DNA from: Cystobasidiomycetes sp. EMM_F5
Lineage: Eukaryota
DNA: 64,000 bases
Reading direction: 5' to 3'
Assembly: GCA_051047955.1 (NCBI GenBank)
Contig: JBPGPT010000029.1
Span: 1 to 64,000, forward strand
Positions within the stretch are counted from its first letter, which is position 1, and each line of letters begins with the position of its first letter. The position numbers were made by a program, and so were the translations under genes. The notes under the pieces are model-generated. The model was not told where the DNA came from, did not search any database, and worked only from the letters and a program-made list of their open reading frames with translations. Of the stretch, positions 26,555-39,052 are shown piece by piece.

Positions 26555-27666
26555 ATGCTTGACTGTGAACGGCTCATTCGATTCAGAACGGGCGGAGCTG
26601 TACACTATGGCGAACCCATACTCGACACCGATAGCGCCAATCAGGACTTTCAAAGAGCAGTTCTCAGCGGCAGCGTCCGAGCTAGAGTCATCTCTGCGCC
26701 ATCAGGCATCTTTAGCTCGGATGCAGCCCTGACCTCAGAGCAAGTGCAGGTCGACGAATTACTCTGCCCACTCGACAGACGCGACGTACCAATCATTCGC
26801 TGCATCGGATTGAATTACAAGCAACACAGTACGTTTGTGTTATACTTTGCGACAAACGCTGGCCGTAGTGGCCATAATCGGATGATAGGGTCTGAAAGAG
26901 TTGCCTCCTACAGTTCTTGAAGCTGGCAAATCACTGCCGCCGTATCCGTCCATCTTCTTCAAGCCATCTACTTGTCTGGCCGGACCAGGGGCTGCGGTGG
27001 AAATACCCAAGATCTGTCAGAACCCACCACAAGCCGACTACGAAGGGGAGCTATGTGTGATCATTGGGAAAACAGGCAAGAACATCTCGCTCGGTGATGC
27101 AATGTCGTATGTGTTCGGCTACACCTGCGGAGACGACGTAAGTTCGCGTGCTTGGCAGCGGGAGAAGGAATTGGCCGGAGTAGTGCCCCAGTGGGGTTTC
27201 TCCAAGGGTTTTGATGACTTTGCAGTCATCGGTCCATGCGTAGTGACTAGCAAAGTGGGTATTACTTGATGCGATGCGTTACGAAATGCTGAATGACAGA
27301 CCCGCCAGCTTATTCCCGATCCTGCGGGGCTGCACATGCGTACTCTGGTCAATGGCGAGGTACGGCAGTCTACGCCAATTGCAGACCTCTGCTTCGATGT
27401 CAAAACCCTCGTCAGCTTCATGAGCTCTGGTACCACCTTAGAAGCTGGAACGGTCATCATGACGGGTACGCTGCATTTTCTATACACGACGCTTGCCCAT
27501 CCCCGCCTAATACGATATTGGCGCTTCCTTGACACTTGCAGGAACACCTGGCGGAGTTGGGTTTGCTCGCAAGCCGCATCCGTCTTGGCTGAAAGAGGGC
27601 GATGTTGTCGAGGTGGAGATTACCAAGATTGGCACTCTGCGCCATACAATGTCCGAGGAGAAGTAG
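26555..27666 (+). CDS. Fumarylacetoacetate hydrolase family protein (FAHD/Fmp41-like)
   Basis: IRCIGLNYKQH, PSIFFKP, ADYEGELCVIIGK, GYTCGDDVSSR, SKGFDDF, GTVIMTGTPGGVG, LKEGDVVEVEITKIGTL. Confidence 0.93.
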
Positions 27667-27917
27667 TATGCGATAGCTCGAGCACGTACATACACCCGAT
27701 GTAGGCATAGGAAAGCATAGGAAAACGTATGCGAGCCCAGTCGAACTGTCTCCACTTGCGAAACTGCCAGCACCAGGTTTGCCCATATCGCAACTCTGCA
27801 AGCTCTGACCAGCACATCCGCGGCGACAGAAGATGCCATGCAGACCACGCTGATCTAGCGACCCCATACTCGCTATTTGCCGGAGACTCCAGGTTACCAC
27901 GTCCAAGTCCGCCAGCG

Positions 27918-30790
27918 ATGACGGCGAAACTCGACCGAACCTGCTCGCACTGCAGCAGGCAGTTCTTGAAACCTGCTCATCTGCGACGGCATCTCGAGGT
28001 CCACGCGAAGAGCCGACCCTTTCTATGTCGTTTGTGTGGAAAATCGCTGAGTCGGGCTGATGCTCTGGCTCGTCATATCCGGACAGCCCACTACAACGGA
28101 ACGTCACAAAGTGCGGTGGACGTTGGGCATTCTGCAGTGCCGCCGCTGGTGGATCCCCTCGCTCAATTGGCGTCAGACCCGGCCAGCGCCGTTAGCGACT
28201 CTGCATGGAGCATGGATGGTGCCGTAGCCCGGACTGACTCTATCGACGTTGCTGTCATCACGTCCACTGCGCGAGGACCAATGAATTCTGCACCACTTCC
28301 TCCGCTTGGTGTGACAGTTGCATCTATACGCGAGCCGCCCGCCAACGACAGGCAGGAGAGAGACGATGTTGCGATATTACAAAGTGCAGGAGAGCTCCTT
28401 GACGTACCGGACTTCGCCAGTACCAATGACCAAAGTCTTGTGGAGCCTGCTCCTCTTGTCAGGGATGACATAAACTTCAGGCAACAGCCGGACAGCCAGC
28501 TTGACAACTTTCTGAATATGCTGGCTTCCATTGGTCAGCCGACTAGCTCTCAAACAGTATATCCCATCTTCGGTAATCAAGATCTACAATCTAACTTTGG
28601 GACAGGAGCAGAGTGGGCGCTTGCCTCTAACGAGGGGAGCGCACCACCAGCGATCCACACTATCTTTGGCGCGAATCCGGCCAACGATGGCCCTTACAGC
28701 TGGCTGGACGATTTTCTCGTTCCCGAATGCTGGAGTAGCGGAGAAATACAGCAGTCGAATATCATTCAGCCTCTCCAACACGGCATGCCTCCGGGGATAC
28801 CGCCTCTCGAGGCACATCTCGAACCGCCGTTTGCTACAATGAGCAATAACGATCACGACGACTGGTCGCTTCCTGGTCATGCATTGTTTGGCCGTATTCG
28901 TGAGAATGATGGCAACAGGACGCACCAGCAGGAGGCGTCACCGGCTGATATTTTGCGAGAACTGGAATTGACGTCGGCGGTGAGCAATCTCAGCGGTGCG
29001 AATGATGCTAGGCTTACAGAGAGCGCTCGTAGGCACCGAGTCGAGATGATGTAATCCCATCGGAGAGCATGCTGGCAGCATGCATTCATCTGTACTTCCG
29101 CGACTTTCATCCACACGCGCGTATACTCCATCGCTCTACTTTTGACCGGCGACAGGCATCGCCCTTGCTCGTCGCGAGCGTGTGTAGCATTGGCTACATG
29201 TTAATGGGTACGGATCATGCGACAGAGAGAGGGCTGTGGATCTTTTATCGATTGCGCCGGGTTATAGCAGCAACAGTACGTGATGACAGTCAAATGCTAC
29301 GTAATCAAGACCAAGCTGGGCTGAATCTGTTCCTACAATCTCTGCCACAATGGCTTCTAGTGGGATTCAGAGCACTGTACCGAGAGGCAACGCTTCATTC
29401 TGCTCCTGGCGGGCACCTTGAATCAGTGCATGTCGCTTTTATTGGGACGTCCAGAGATTTCGTCTTCCGATGAAGTATACAGTGCAGCCCTTATATCGCT
29501 AGCGCGCGCGTTAAAAGGCCGTCAGTGGCTAGACCAGAATCAAATTGACTATGTTGACGTGGCCGACTTGAATGATGACGAGCTGAATCTACGGTGGACG
29601 AGATGGTTCCGACAAGAAATGCTCAGGCGGTGAGTCGAATTGTGGCAAGATGGTGACCTTTCGAAGTATAACTCGTTCGGCATGCCCCTTTTACAGTGCT
29701 TGTCTAGCTACAAACCTGCAAGCTGCCGAGCTGGCGATACGAACCGGGTCCCCTCAAGCGTATTTGAAATTCTTGACGCGACAAGAGAAGTTTAGTGATG
29801 CGCTATTCGAAGCTGAAGACGCCGCATCATGGCGGATACTTCTTAGCCAAAGGCGTGCCGCACGCAACAATGCAGTTTCAGGGAACCAAGATTCGAGCGA
29901 TCTTTTTAGCATGACATGTTTGGCGCAGGAAATCCAGCAGCTGCTCATTGTCGAGAGCATGCAGGATGTCCAAACAATGAAAACGGTATGCGAACCGATG
30001 CGTATCCAGTACGACAGGATGACCCACCTGGCGGAGCAGCTGGGAATCCCGAGAGGCGCTCCAGCCGCAAGAATGTCCTTGGACATGATGTGGCACTATT
30101 GCTGCATGTTTCGGCTTGCAGGTGTCGAACTACTTTCTCAATTCTGCGATAACGTATGGTCTCCGACTGACCGGCATGCCCTTGAGACTTTCAATCACTC
30201 GTTGATGCTACCATTCCTGATGATACCGAAGGGAAGACTGGCCGTCTTGCATGCATGCGCACTTCTGCAGGCGGCCCGCATGGCCGATGATCTTGTTCTG
30301 CTGGCATATCCGTGAGTCTATATTCGAGGGTCTCCTGGATGGGCTCATATAATGCGTACGCAGAATCATCAACCATGCGACGCGCCTTGTCATAGCCTGG
30401 CTGACCATACCACGGTCGGAGAATCGCTCTGCTCCGTCATTGCACATCCGACATACGGATATGAGCGTTAACAATGGCGAGTGGACGAAGCTGGGTCATG
30501 CATTAGATAATGCTGCACCCCAGGGCTCGCCAATAACAGAGCCGCACAAGCTTGTTTCGGCCTTTGTCCTGGACGACATCGGGCGACTCGCTGTTGACGG
30601 ACTATTCGAAGGAAAAGATCCTCGCGAGGACATCGAATGGTGAGCGACAGAATTCCGGGATGGCATCCGTCATATGGTGCTAAGAGCGGCATCAACTGAC
30701 GCGCTATGCAGTCTCAAATCTGCAGTAATTAGACTTCTTCGCCGAGGGGCTTTGTTCCAATGCGACTCTTCTTCACTGCAAAACACATAG
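27918..30790 (+). CDS. Two-finger C2H2 transcription factor with fungal TF middle domain (cluster regulator)
   Basis: CSHCSRQFLKPAHLRRHLEVH and CRLCGKSLSRADALARHIRTAH; 'LYFRDFHPHARILHRSTF...LLVASVCSIG' and 'WTRWFRQEMLRR'. The 3' end is inferred by splicing. Confidence 0.88.
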
Positions 30791-31168
30791 CATATAGCAT
30801 ATCTATGGTTGCTCATCAACACGATTGCATACAAAACCTAGAGATCGGTTGCCTGCGACGGGGCAGTCATATGCAGTCCCGCCGGCAGTCGCGCCGTGCA
30901 AAGGCGCGTTGTGGGCTGGTAACCGCGAAGCCGAGCTGAAGACCGCTGGCAGCGGCTGGGGAGCTGTCTTTTTTATACCCAGTAGCCATCCCGTGTCAAG
31001 CAAAAGCCGAACTCGCTGCCACGTGGTGTGTAGTCGGCTACAAAAGCGCAGCACAAGTCCCAGTCTCCAACGGTTGCACCAGCTTCAGGCCGGTGTCACC
31101 CACCCCACATTGACCATTTGCTCTCTATTCCCCGCGTGGTGCCCCTTGTCCCCGTGATAAACCTATTT

Positions 31169-31175
31169 GTGGGAC
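31169..31175. promoter_or_regulatory. Cluster motif site in the MFS promoter (GTGGGAC)
   Basis: TGTGGGACC is the reverse complement of the P450 site GGTCCCACA; 147 bp upstream of ATG 31322. Confidence 0.68.
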
Positions 31176-31321
31176 CTTGCGGTGGTAACTGTACATGCAG
31201 CCTGCGCCGCCGGAGAGCGTAAGGTCCGCCTCTTATTCCACTGCCAGAAGCCTTCTTGAAGAGAGGCAGATCGAATCGGTGCGTCTCGCTTGTAGACATC
31301 GACACTTCCAAGTCGGAGGAA

Positions 31322-33770
31322 ATGACACTCGACAAAGCTGCGGGTCTCCACGCTATAACGCCTACGGCTTCAGAAAAAGGTCACGACCAGTTCATCGAGG
31401 ACAATACTGCTCAACCCTCCGTCACTCAGAACTTGTCGTATGACAATGATGAAGAAGAGCCGGTTCTGCACTGGCGCACCTGGGTCGCCCTTGCGGCACT
31501 ATGGATGCTCAACTATGTCCAAGTCTTTGCCCTGACAGGACCTCCAGCTGTGGTACGAAGTCCTTGACTCAAACGTATGCTTCTAATTCTAGAGCTGACG
31601 AGAAAGCTACCGTTCGCTAGCTGTCGTACCTCGGCGAGAGCGTAACAGATGGGTCTGTCCAAGAAAAATGGGTGCCGAATGTGCTTTCGTTGGTGCAGGC
31701 CGTTGCGGGTCCCATCATAGTCAGTTTTATCGTTTATTGGCCTCCGTACCCGGCCAAAAGCTGACACGCAGCATCTAGGCTTTCGCATCGGATTCCTTTC
31801 AGAGCCGTAAACTAATCTTACTAGCCACCTGCACATGCTCCTTCGTTGGGTCTGCTATTGCACCAGGGGCTGAGAACATCTACCGCGTGATTGGCGCCCA
31901 AGTTCTTATTGGTGTAGGGTTTGCAAGCGTGCCTTTGGCCTACTGTATTCCGTCGGAAGTGCGTCCTTGAACTTTTTGGTCAGATCCATCGCTGAGCTAT
32001 CACATGGCAGATTATACCGCGACGGTGGAGACCGTGTGAGTCACTACGTAGGGCGACGATCGAAGGGCATAACTGACATATCAGCCTAGTGGCGCAAGCT
32101 AGTGTTCAATTTGCTGCGAATGCGGCTGGCGTTACAGCACCAATGTAAGCCGTAGGTCGCACCTGCAGACCGGGCATCTCTAACACTCGTTTGCTCGTCA
32201 TAGCATTGCAGGCGCATTCACCAAGTACAGTCTTCTAGATGGCTGGAGAAAATTCTATGTACGAGATGCTGAATCACCAGCGCAATCCCTTTTCAGCTGA
32301 TGCTTCGCCGCACATGCCTGTTCCAGTGGGTAGAGATGGGTCTATGGGGTGCGACAGTCGCAGGCATCGCTGTTGCATACCGGCCACCCCGGCGGCGGTC
32401 TCAGTTGGATGACGCTTCTCTGTCTGGCAAGATTAAGAAGCTCGACGTGCCGGGTATGCTTCTAGTACGCGCAGTCACAATTCCCAGCAAGTGCGCGGTC
32501 TGGCTGAGGAGTGTTATTGTCTATACTAGCTGGCTGCAGGCCTGACACTGTTACTCACCGGCCTGGGTCTTGGCGCCAACCCGTATCCGTGGTCGAGCGG
32601 CAGAGTCGTAGGTACCCTGGCTTCGGGATGTGCCACTCTGGTCGCGTTTGGAATTTATGAATGGAAAGGTGCGTTACTGTGCTTGACGCAGCCGCTCAGT
32701 CTGGGAGGTTGACATCGACTTTGGCAAAACGATCAGTGAACCCAATTGGCATCTTTCATCACGCACTTTTCACTGGTTCTTGGCGCATCTTCCCACTTCT
32801 GCTTGCACTCATGTTTATCGAGGGTGTCATGTTATTCACGGTCATCATCTTCTATCCCGTCATGTAAGCGCACTGTGACTGATTCGGAGCTACACAAGGC
32901 TGATCAAAAAACAGTACGGGGGTGCTGTTCGAGCCTGATCCCTTGCTTCAGACCGTTCGGCAGGCGCCTTTCCAGACTGCCGCTATGTGTTCAAGCGTCA
33001 TCTATGGCATTTGGGCAAGCAAGTATAGGACTCTGCGCTGGCCTCTTTTTGCAGGCTTTGTATTCTTTACAGCCGGCTTAGGTAAGAGTGACGTGCAGGT
33101 TTTGGCTACTTACCGTCTTGACTGAGCAAAACTATGCTACAGTCGGTATGGCTACAGTTCAGCTGAACACGTCTACCAGCTTTGTGGTCTTCAACGGATT
33201 AGCCGGTCTTGGATTTGGAGCACCCCTCGTTCTTATCATTTCGGGAGCGCAACTCGCGACTCCTCAATCGCTCATTGCTACTGGCACTGCTGTTATTACT
33301 AGCACGCGAGCTGTTGGTGAGTATACAAGGATGATCACCATGGACCTAGGAACCGAGAGCTGATGTGTAGGAGACTCTCAGCCGCAGCGGTCTTCACTGC
33401 CATCTACGCTGCAGCCGTCAATACGAGATCAGCCACTTATGTCCCCACTTACGTTGCGGAGGCAGCGGTCAGCGCTGGATTGCCTCGGTCGTCGGTGGGA
33501 GCGTTTGTCGAAGCGCTCGCAACTAAGAACAATGCAGAGCTCGCGGCCATTCCGGGTATCAACCCTAGCATCATTGGGGCAGGCGTGAAGGCACTGCTTC
33601 AAGCACTTGCGGACAGCTTCCGCGTGGTCTATATCATCGGGGCCGCTTTTGGTGGACTGGCGTGCCTCATCTGCCTGTTGCTCGGCGACCAATCTGCAAC
33701 GATGAATTACCACGTTGACGCTCCGATGGAAGAACTGACGGCAAAACACCGTGAAGACATCAAGGCATAG
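31322..33770 (+). CDS. MFS transporter (14-TMS DHA2 / TRI12-like)
   Basis: EEEPVLHWRTWVALAALWMLNYVQVFALTGPP, ASDSFQSRK, YCIPSEIIPRRWRP, DGWRKFY, YRPPRR, YPWSSGRVVGTL, ADSFRVVYIIGAAFG; many short exons. Confidence 0.9.
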
Positions 33771-34220
33771 GAAGTGAAGGGGATGGCGAGCAGACTTGAC
33801 ACTATACTTGTGTTCGCACGCTTTATTGAACAGGGACCCTGTATGCGGATAATCGTATCAAAATTTGTGTAGGCTAATAATAAGCATTGCATCTTTCTAA
33901 CGGTGCTGCGATTGCTTGCGCAGTCCTTGGCAGTCTACCTACATTACGATTCGCCTACATGCTGCAACAGTCCCGTCAACGTTCTATGATGGTGTTTGAG
34001 AGTATAGATGTACACTGTCATTGCTGCAACGGTGGTTCCGGTACTTTGCTATAGATCAATGGGATGAAGCTTCATCTTTGCTGATGATGCTTCCTCAACA
34101 CTGCGACTTTGTGTCAGCTCCACGCGCTATGAAGTCCTCGCGCAGCACATCCAGATCGCTCGCATCCCTTCGCAGACTTTCAAATCTAATAAGGCGTTAC
34201 CACATTGACCGCGGTACCCG

Positions 34221-34270
34221 GTCCCACTATGCTCCAGAGTCTGACTGCCCCGGTACACTACGAGTGGGAC
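34221..34270. promoter_or_regulatory. Paired inverted cluster motif sites in the dioxygenase promoter
   Basis: GTCCCACT (34221-34228) and AGTGGGAC (34263-34270), 94-143 bp upstream of ATG 34364. Confidence 0.72.
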
Positions 34271-34363
34271 ACGGCACAGCATGTCAGCTGAAGTTTGCCC
34301 ATCACCCTCTAAAGACAGCTCTATCGTCAGACTGCCCCCCTACTACCAACAAGCGGACTCACA

Positions 34364-35637
34364 ATGGACGCTCGCATAAAGATCAAGCGGATAGCCTACG
34401 CAACTTACACGCACTCGGACATGGCGTACACAAAGCAATTCCTGACTGACTTTGGACTGACCGAGGTTTGCGTCATGGATAAGCGACACTACTTCCGGGG
34501 GTATGGCGACCTGCCCTACATCTACATTGCCGAGGAAGGCGAGCAAGACGAGGCAGTCTTTCAGGGCATGGCATTTGAGGTTGAGAGCGAGGAGGAGCTC
34601 CAGCGAGCGTCACGCTTGAAGGTAGTCGGTGCCTGCCAATACTGTGGAATGCTTTTCAGCTGGTTGACGTCACTCCGCTTCATCACCCAGGGTGCTACTG
34701 GTATTCGAGAACTCGACGGTCCAGGCGGCGGTTTGGCAACTACTCTGTATGACCCGATAGGTCTGGCGGTACACCTGGTGTATGGAACGCAGCTTCGCCA
34801 GGTCGATTTACCATCAGACCCCACCTTGCCTGCAAATCAAGGCTTATCCGATAACCGAGCGAAAGCGCGGCCACCTGGTAGCTTCCAGCGCTTTGATACG
34901 ACGTCCTCGGTACCTGTGCACAAGCTTGGGCACTATGTTCTTTATCTTCCCGATTTTCAGGTGTAAGACAATGGTGTCATTCAGCAGCCAGCATCGGCTC
35001 ATTGCATTCTGTTAAGCATGTTCGACTTTTACACCAAGGTACTCAACTTTGCCCCTAGCGATCTTATGATACGCGCCGATGGGAACACGGCGGGCGCGTT
35101 CTTACACTTGGACAGAGGCGACGAGTGGGTAGATCATCGTAAGTGTCGCAATAAATCCTCGGCGTGGCCGTAGCAGAAGGGGGAATTTTAGGCTAATGGA
35201 CACGCTATGGCTGGAATGCAGATACTCTGTTCATTTTTCAGCCGCCCAACTGCACCGAACCCAGACTACACCATGCTGCGTTCGAGGTCTTCGACATCGA
35301 CCATGAGGTGAGATGCTCACGCCGAATTACCTGCCAGAGACTCATATCTCACTGTAAATAGCTCCGCGCACATGAAGAAATGGTGAAGAAGGGTTACCAA
35401 CTAGCGTGGGGAGTTGGTAGACATATCTTGGGCAGTCAGCTGTTCGACTATTGGTATCAAAATGGCGATGGCTTCAAGGTTGAGCACTACGCGGATGGAG
35501 ATCTCGTCAATCAGCGTACCCCTGTAGGCCGTCATCAAATGAGCGCGGGCCCGAAGAAGGAGCGAGACACGTCAATTTGGGGTCCTGATTTTCAGCCAAC
35601 TTTTCACACTACGTCTCCACTGCGTGTCAAGGCGTGA
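34364..35637 (+). CDS. VOC-superfamily (extradiol-type) ring-cleavage dioxygenase, trihydroxytoluene-oxygenase-like
   Basis: Two VOC domains; candidate metal ligands in HKLGHYVL, LHHAAFEV and VEHYADGD; FLHLDRGDEWVDHH; WGVGRHILGSQLFDYW. Confidence 0.88.
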
Positions 35638-36518
35638 CTGCGAGTGTGACCAGAGGTTCATATCATCCTGTTGTACGTGCAAGTCTGACTGATAAAGCTT
35701 AATGATATCATTGCATGCCGTAAACTCCTGAACATACGTGCCATGGCCAGATGATAGTCTCAAGTGGGAAAACCTGAGTCAGCTCGCGGTCGTTGAAGCT
35801 GCGGACTGGGGGAGCGGATTGGGGTAGCTTCAGCGAAAGGGCCTTGGAAGCCCGACGTTCAAGTTCACCAAAAATTCTGTTGGGGACGTTGACGTTGCTC
35901 ACATCTGCGAGCGTCTGCAGTGTCCGGAAAAGCGAAACAGACGGGTTCTGTGTTATTCAGCGAGCGTACGGATCATGGAACTGCTGACTGACTGGCTGCT
36001 CTTGGTTATGGAATACATTGGGCGACTCTGGCTAGCGCGTCCGAGTGCTCTGGAAGGAGCGACTTCGCTTCGGAAGCGAATGCGCACCAGTCATTATGGT
36101 CATGCCAGCTGTGATACAGTCCTTAAATCAACGCAAAGATCGATAAATGCTGCCTCTGCTTGTCCCGGATCCCATATATACTCGGAAATCGTCCATATAG
36201 TAGCTGGTCGCGAATTGCCTTTCAAGTTCCACAGCAAGGCTGACGCTAATCCATGATAGTCGAAGTCTCCATCAGATGTGGTATGGTCTGGATTACTGCA
36301 TCGCTCATTGGACCATCGCAACAGTCTCAAGATGTTGGGTACGCAAGGACGGGTGCGAAATGCCCATGGTGACGTGGAGAAGACAACTCGAGGCAGCGCA
36401 CACGGTGCATACCGGGCTATTGGCTGCAGGTAGAATGGCAGCATGCGAGTCGTGCTGGCGGGTGCCTCTACCGCTGCGGTGCCGCATGCCGAGAGGTTAC
36501 CACAATCAATGTAGACTG

Positions 36519-36525
36519 GTGGGAC
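36519..36525. promoter_or_regulatory. Cluster motif site in the monooxygenase promoter (GTGGGAC)
   Basis: 125 bp upstream of ATG 36650, flanked by a duplicated CAATCAAT. Confidence 0.68.
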
Positions 36526-36649
36526 TCGCAATCAATCCCCACTCGACAGCTGGCGAGGCTTGCTGTACTACTTGCACAATGCTAAACTACTCCTGCTAAC
36601 CTAAAAACTGAAACAATCACTGACATCTGCCAGAAACGACGAGGCCATC

Positions 36650-39052
36650 ATGACCATCGAAGCAGAGATGGCACGGGATCTGCGCTGTCAGGTCCTCATC
36701 GTTGGCGCTGGACCGGTGGGACTGCTCACAGCACTCAAGTTGCATCAAGCCGGCGTGGATGTAGTCATTGTAGATCGTCAACCTGCTAGATACCCTTTAC
36801 CAAGGTCTGGCTTGCTGCGTACGATATGAGGCGATTCGTAAACCCAAAGGCTGATTTCGCGTCCGACAGAGCTGTAACATGCGACCACGAATCTCAGCGA
36901 TCACTGGCTGCTGTTGGGTTGCAAAAAGAGTTGCAAACGGTCCTGGAGCATACATTAGGCAAGGGAGGGGAAAACGGGACTAACTTCTGTTGGCGCGACA
37001 AGGATCATCGATGTCAGTCACGACTACTAGAGCCGATGAGTGGACTCATCTCATATCAAGCGTTATTTCTGTGTAGTGATAGTGGATCTACACTGGGAAC
37101 GACCGACTAGATCCGGCCTGCCATTTGCAAAAGGCTTCGCGCAACCAGAGCTCGAAGGCTTGCTCGAAGACACATGCATAGCTCGGGGCATCAGGATGTA
37201 CCGTGGATACAGTACGCGTAACACTCGCGCCTACTCGTATCGTTATTGATGACATTTTACAGGTCTTAACAGCCTAGCCCAAGATGAATGCAGCGTGAAG
37301 GCAACATTGACACCTCACCAGCGCGAGAAGAAGGCGATCACTGTTGAATCATCACAGGCAGCTTGCCGCATGCAGAGTATGCGTCCAGATCCGTCTACGC
37401 CCTGCTTGAGAGACGCAATCAGTGACGCGGAGCAAGGTCGTACCCAAGAAATTAGAGTCACCGCCAAGTACCTCGTCGGTAGCGATGGTGCTAACTCGAC
37501 CGTCAGACGCCTTGCTGGTATCACAAACACCGAACTAGACTTTGAGAATGACTGGCTCATATTGGACCTGGTGAGATCGCCCAAGCCTCCGAGCCCTATC
37601 CCTCACAGTCTAACAATGCCCCGCTCAATCTTGCCGTCTAGCTTCTTGTAGATGGCTACGAGCCTCCAAAACTCAAAAAACTCGGAGCAGCGCAAATCTG
37701 TAATCCTGCAAGACCAACTACCATCGCTTCGGGACAAAAAAGGCGTCGTCGCTTCGAGTTTATGCGCTTGCCGGGCGAGAGCAGGGAAGACCTTCTTAGC
37801 GACGCAAAAACTTGGGAGTTACTAGGACCATGGGGCTGGACACAGGTATGATGGTGACAATAACGAGCTGGCGACCGAAGATTGACCGATTCTATGCACA
37901 GGGTAACGTAGTCATCGAGCGACGGGTTATATACACATTCCATGCTAGGTGGGCCAACGACTTCTACAAAGATAGGGTTATACTTGGTGCGGTTACTTTC
38001 GCTTTCCACATTATTGCACTCCGCGCACTTCCTGATCGAGGCGGTTTAAACTGACTGCTGTGTTCTGCAGCTGGCGATGCAATGCATCTCATGCCCCCAT
38101 TCATTGGTCAAGGGCTGAACTCAGGCTTTCGTGATGCAAGCGCGCTCGGTTGGAGGATACCACTGCTTGTCTCCGGCATTGCGAATAGCAAGGCATTACT
38201 GGACAGCTATCACCATGAACGCTTCACGCACGTGCGCAAGCTCACTGTAAGCATCATCACTCCGTCATGTCCCCTTTGCTTCAACAACCCAGTGAAAGCG
38301 GGACAAGCACTGACATCGCATTGCGACGATTTCTCTCTGCATCTTGTCTACAGGAGCATTGCATTCTTCTGGGCAAGGTTGTGTGCGAAACAAACCCTGA
38401 TGCTGCCGTCAGACGACATGCCGAAATGCGCGCAAATCGTAAGTCGTGTCAATGCGTCAGTAATCGACGTCCGAAATCTTGGCAGCACGAGGAGTTTCGT
38501 GAAGGCGCCTATGGCTGACGCTTCGCTATCAATTCTGATTCTTCAGCGCCCAAATCTGGCTATGATCCGCCTCTCGGCCGCCCGGGCTTAATGACTGACC
38601 AGGAGGAGAGCGGACGTCTCTCCCTACAGCGGCCCTTGCGATTTGCCATGCAGGGTGGCGGGATGTGCGACAGGCTTGAACGATCAAGCTCAACGGCGCA
38701 ATCTGAATGTCGCGTTTGCGAAAATACTGTGGCATTACCGCTCTTTGACGAGGTGTTCGGCTACGGATGGAAAGTCATCAGCATGACGTGCAGTGAGCCG
38801 CTGGCGGCTGCGCGCCCGGACTTGCGGAGCTTCTTCAAATCGCTCGGTGGTAAGGAAGCGTACATACCACCAGAGTCCGACATCACCGGCGATTACCGAG
38901 ATTGGTTTACAACCTGCCTGAGTCCCGATGCAGTCGTGGTAGTGAGGCCTGACTTCTACGTATATGGCCATGCTCCCATTCAAGCAATTGATGACCTGCT
39001 CGAAGGACTACAGCGCCGCCTTTGCGAGCGGCCTGAGAAGCAGACGATATGA
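36650..39052 (+). CDS. Class A FAD-dependent aromatic hydroxylase, MhpA (3-(3-hydroxyphenyl)propionate hydroxylase)-like
   Basis: The first exon, missed by the ORF track, reads VLIVGAGPVGL...YPLPR | AVTCDHE. Further motifs: FAQPELE, YLVGSDGANSTVRR, RRRFEFMRLPGE, YTFHARWA, GDAMHLMPPFIGQGLNSGFRDA, and C-terminal VVVRPDFYVYG. Confidence 0.92.

Larger units (their letters stand above)
22875..39052. other. Putative aromatic/phenolic catabolism gene cluster (7 genes)
   Basis: Contiguous P450, CMD/AhpD-like, FAH-family, C2H2 TF, MFS, VOC dioxygenase and MhpA-like monooxygenase genes with a shared promoter heptamer. Convergent unrelated genes bound it on both sides. Confidence 0.8.

Noticed and set aside
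34364..39052. Recent bacterial horizontal transfer of the dioxygenase and monooxygenase
   Set aside because: Both carry multiple spliceosomal introns like their neighbours. Any bacterial origin would be ancient.
22875..39052. Secondary-metabolite biosynthetic cluster
   Set aside because: No PKS, NRPS or terpene backbone gene. The ring-cleavage dioxygenase plus FAH-family enzyme point to catabolism.
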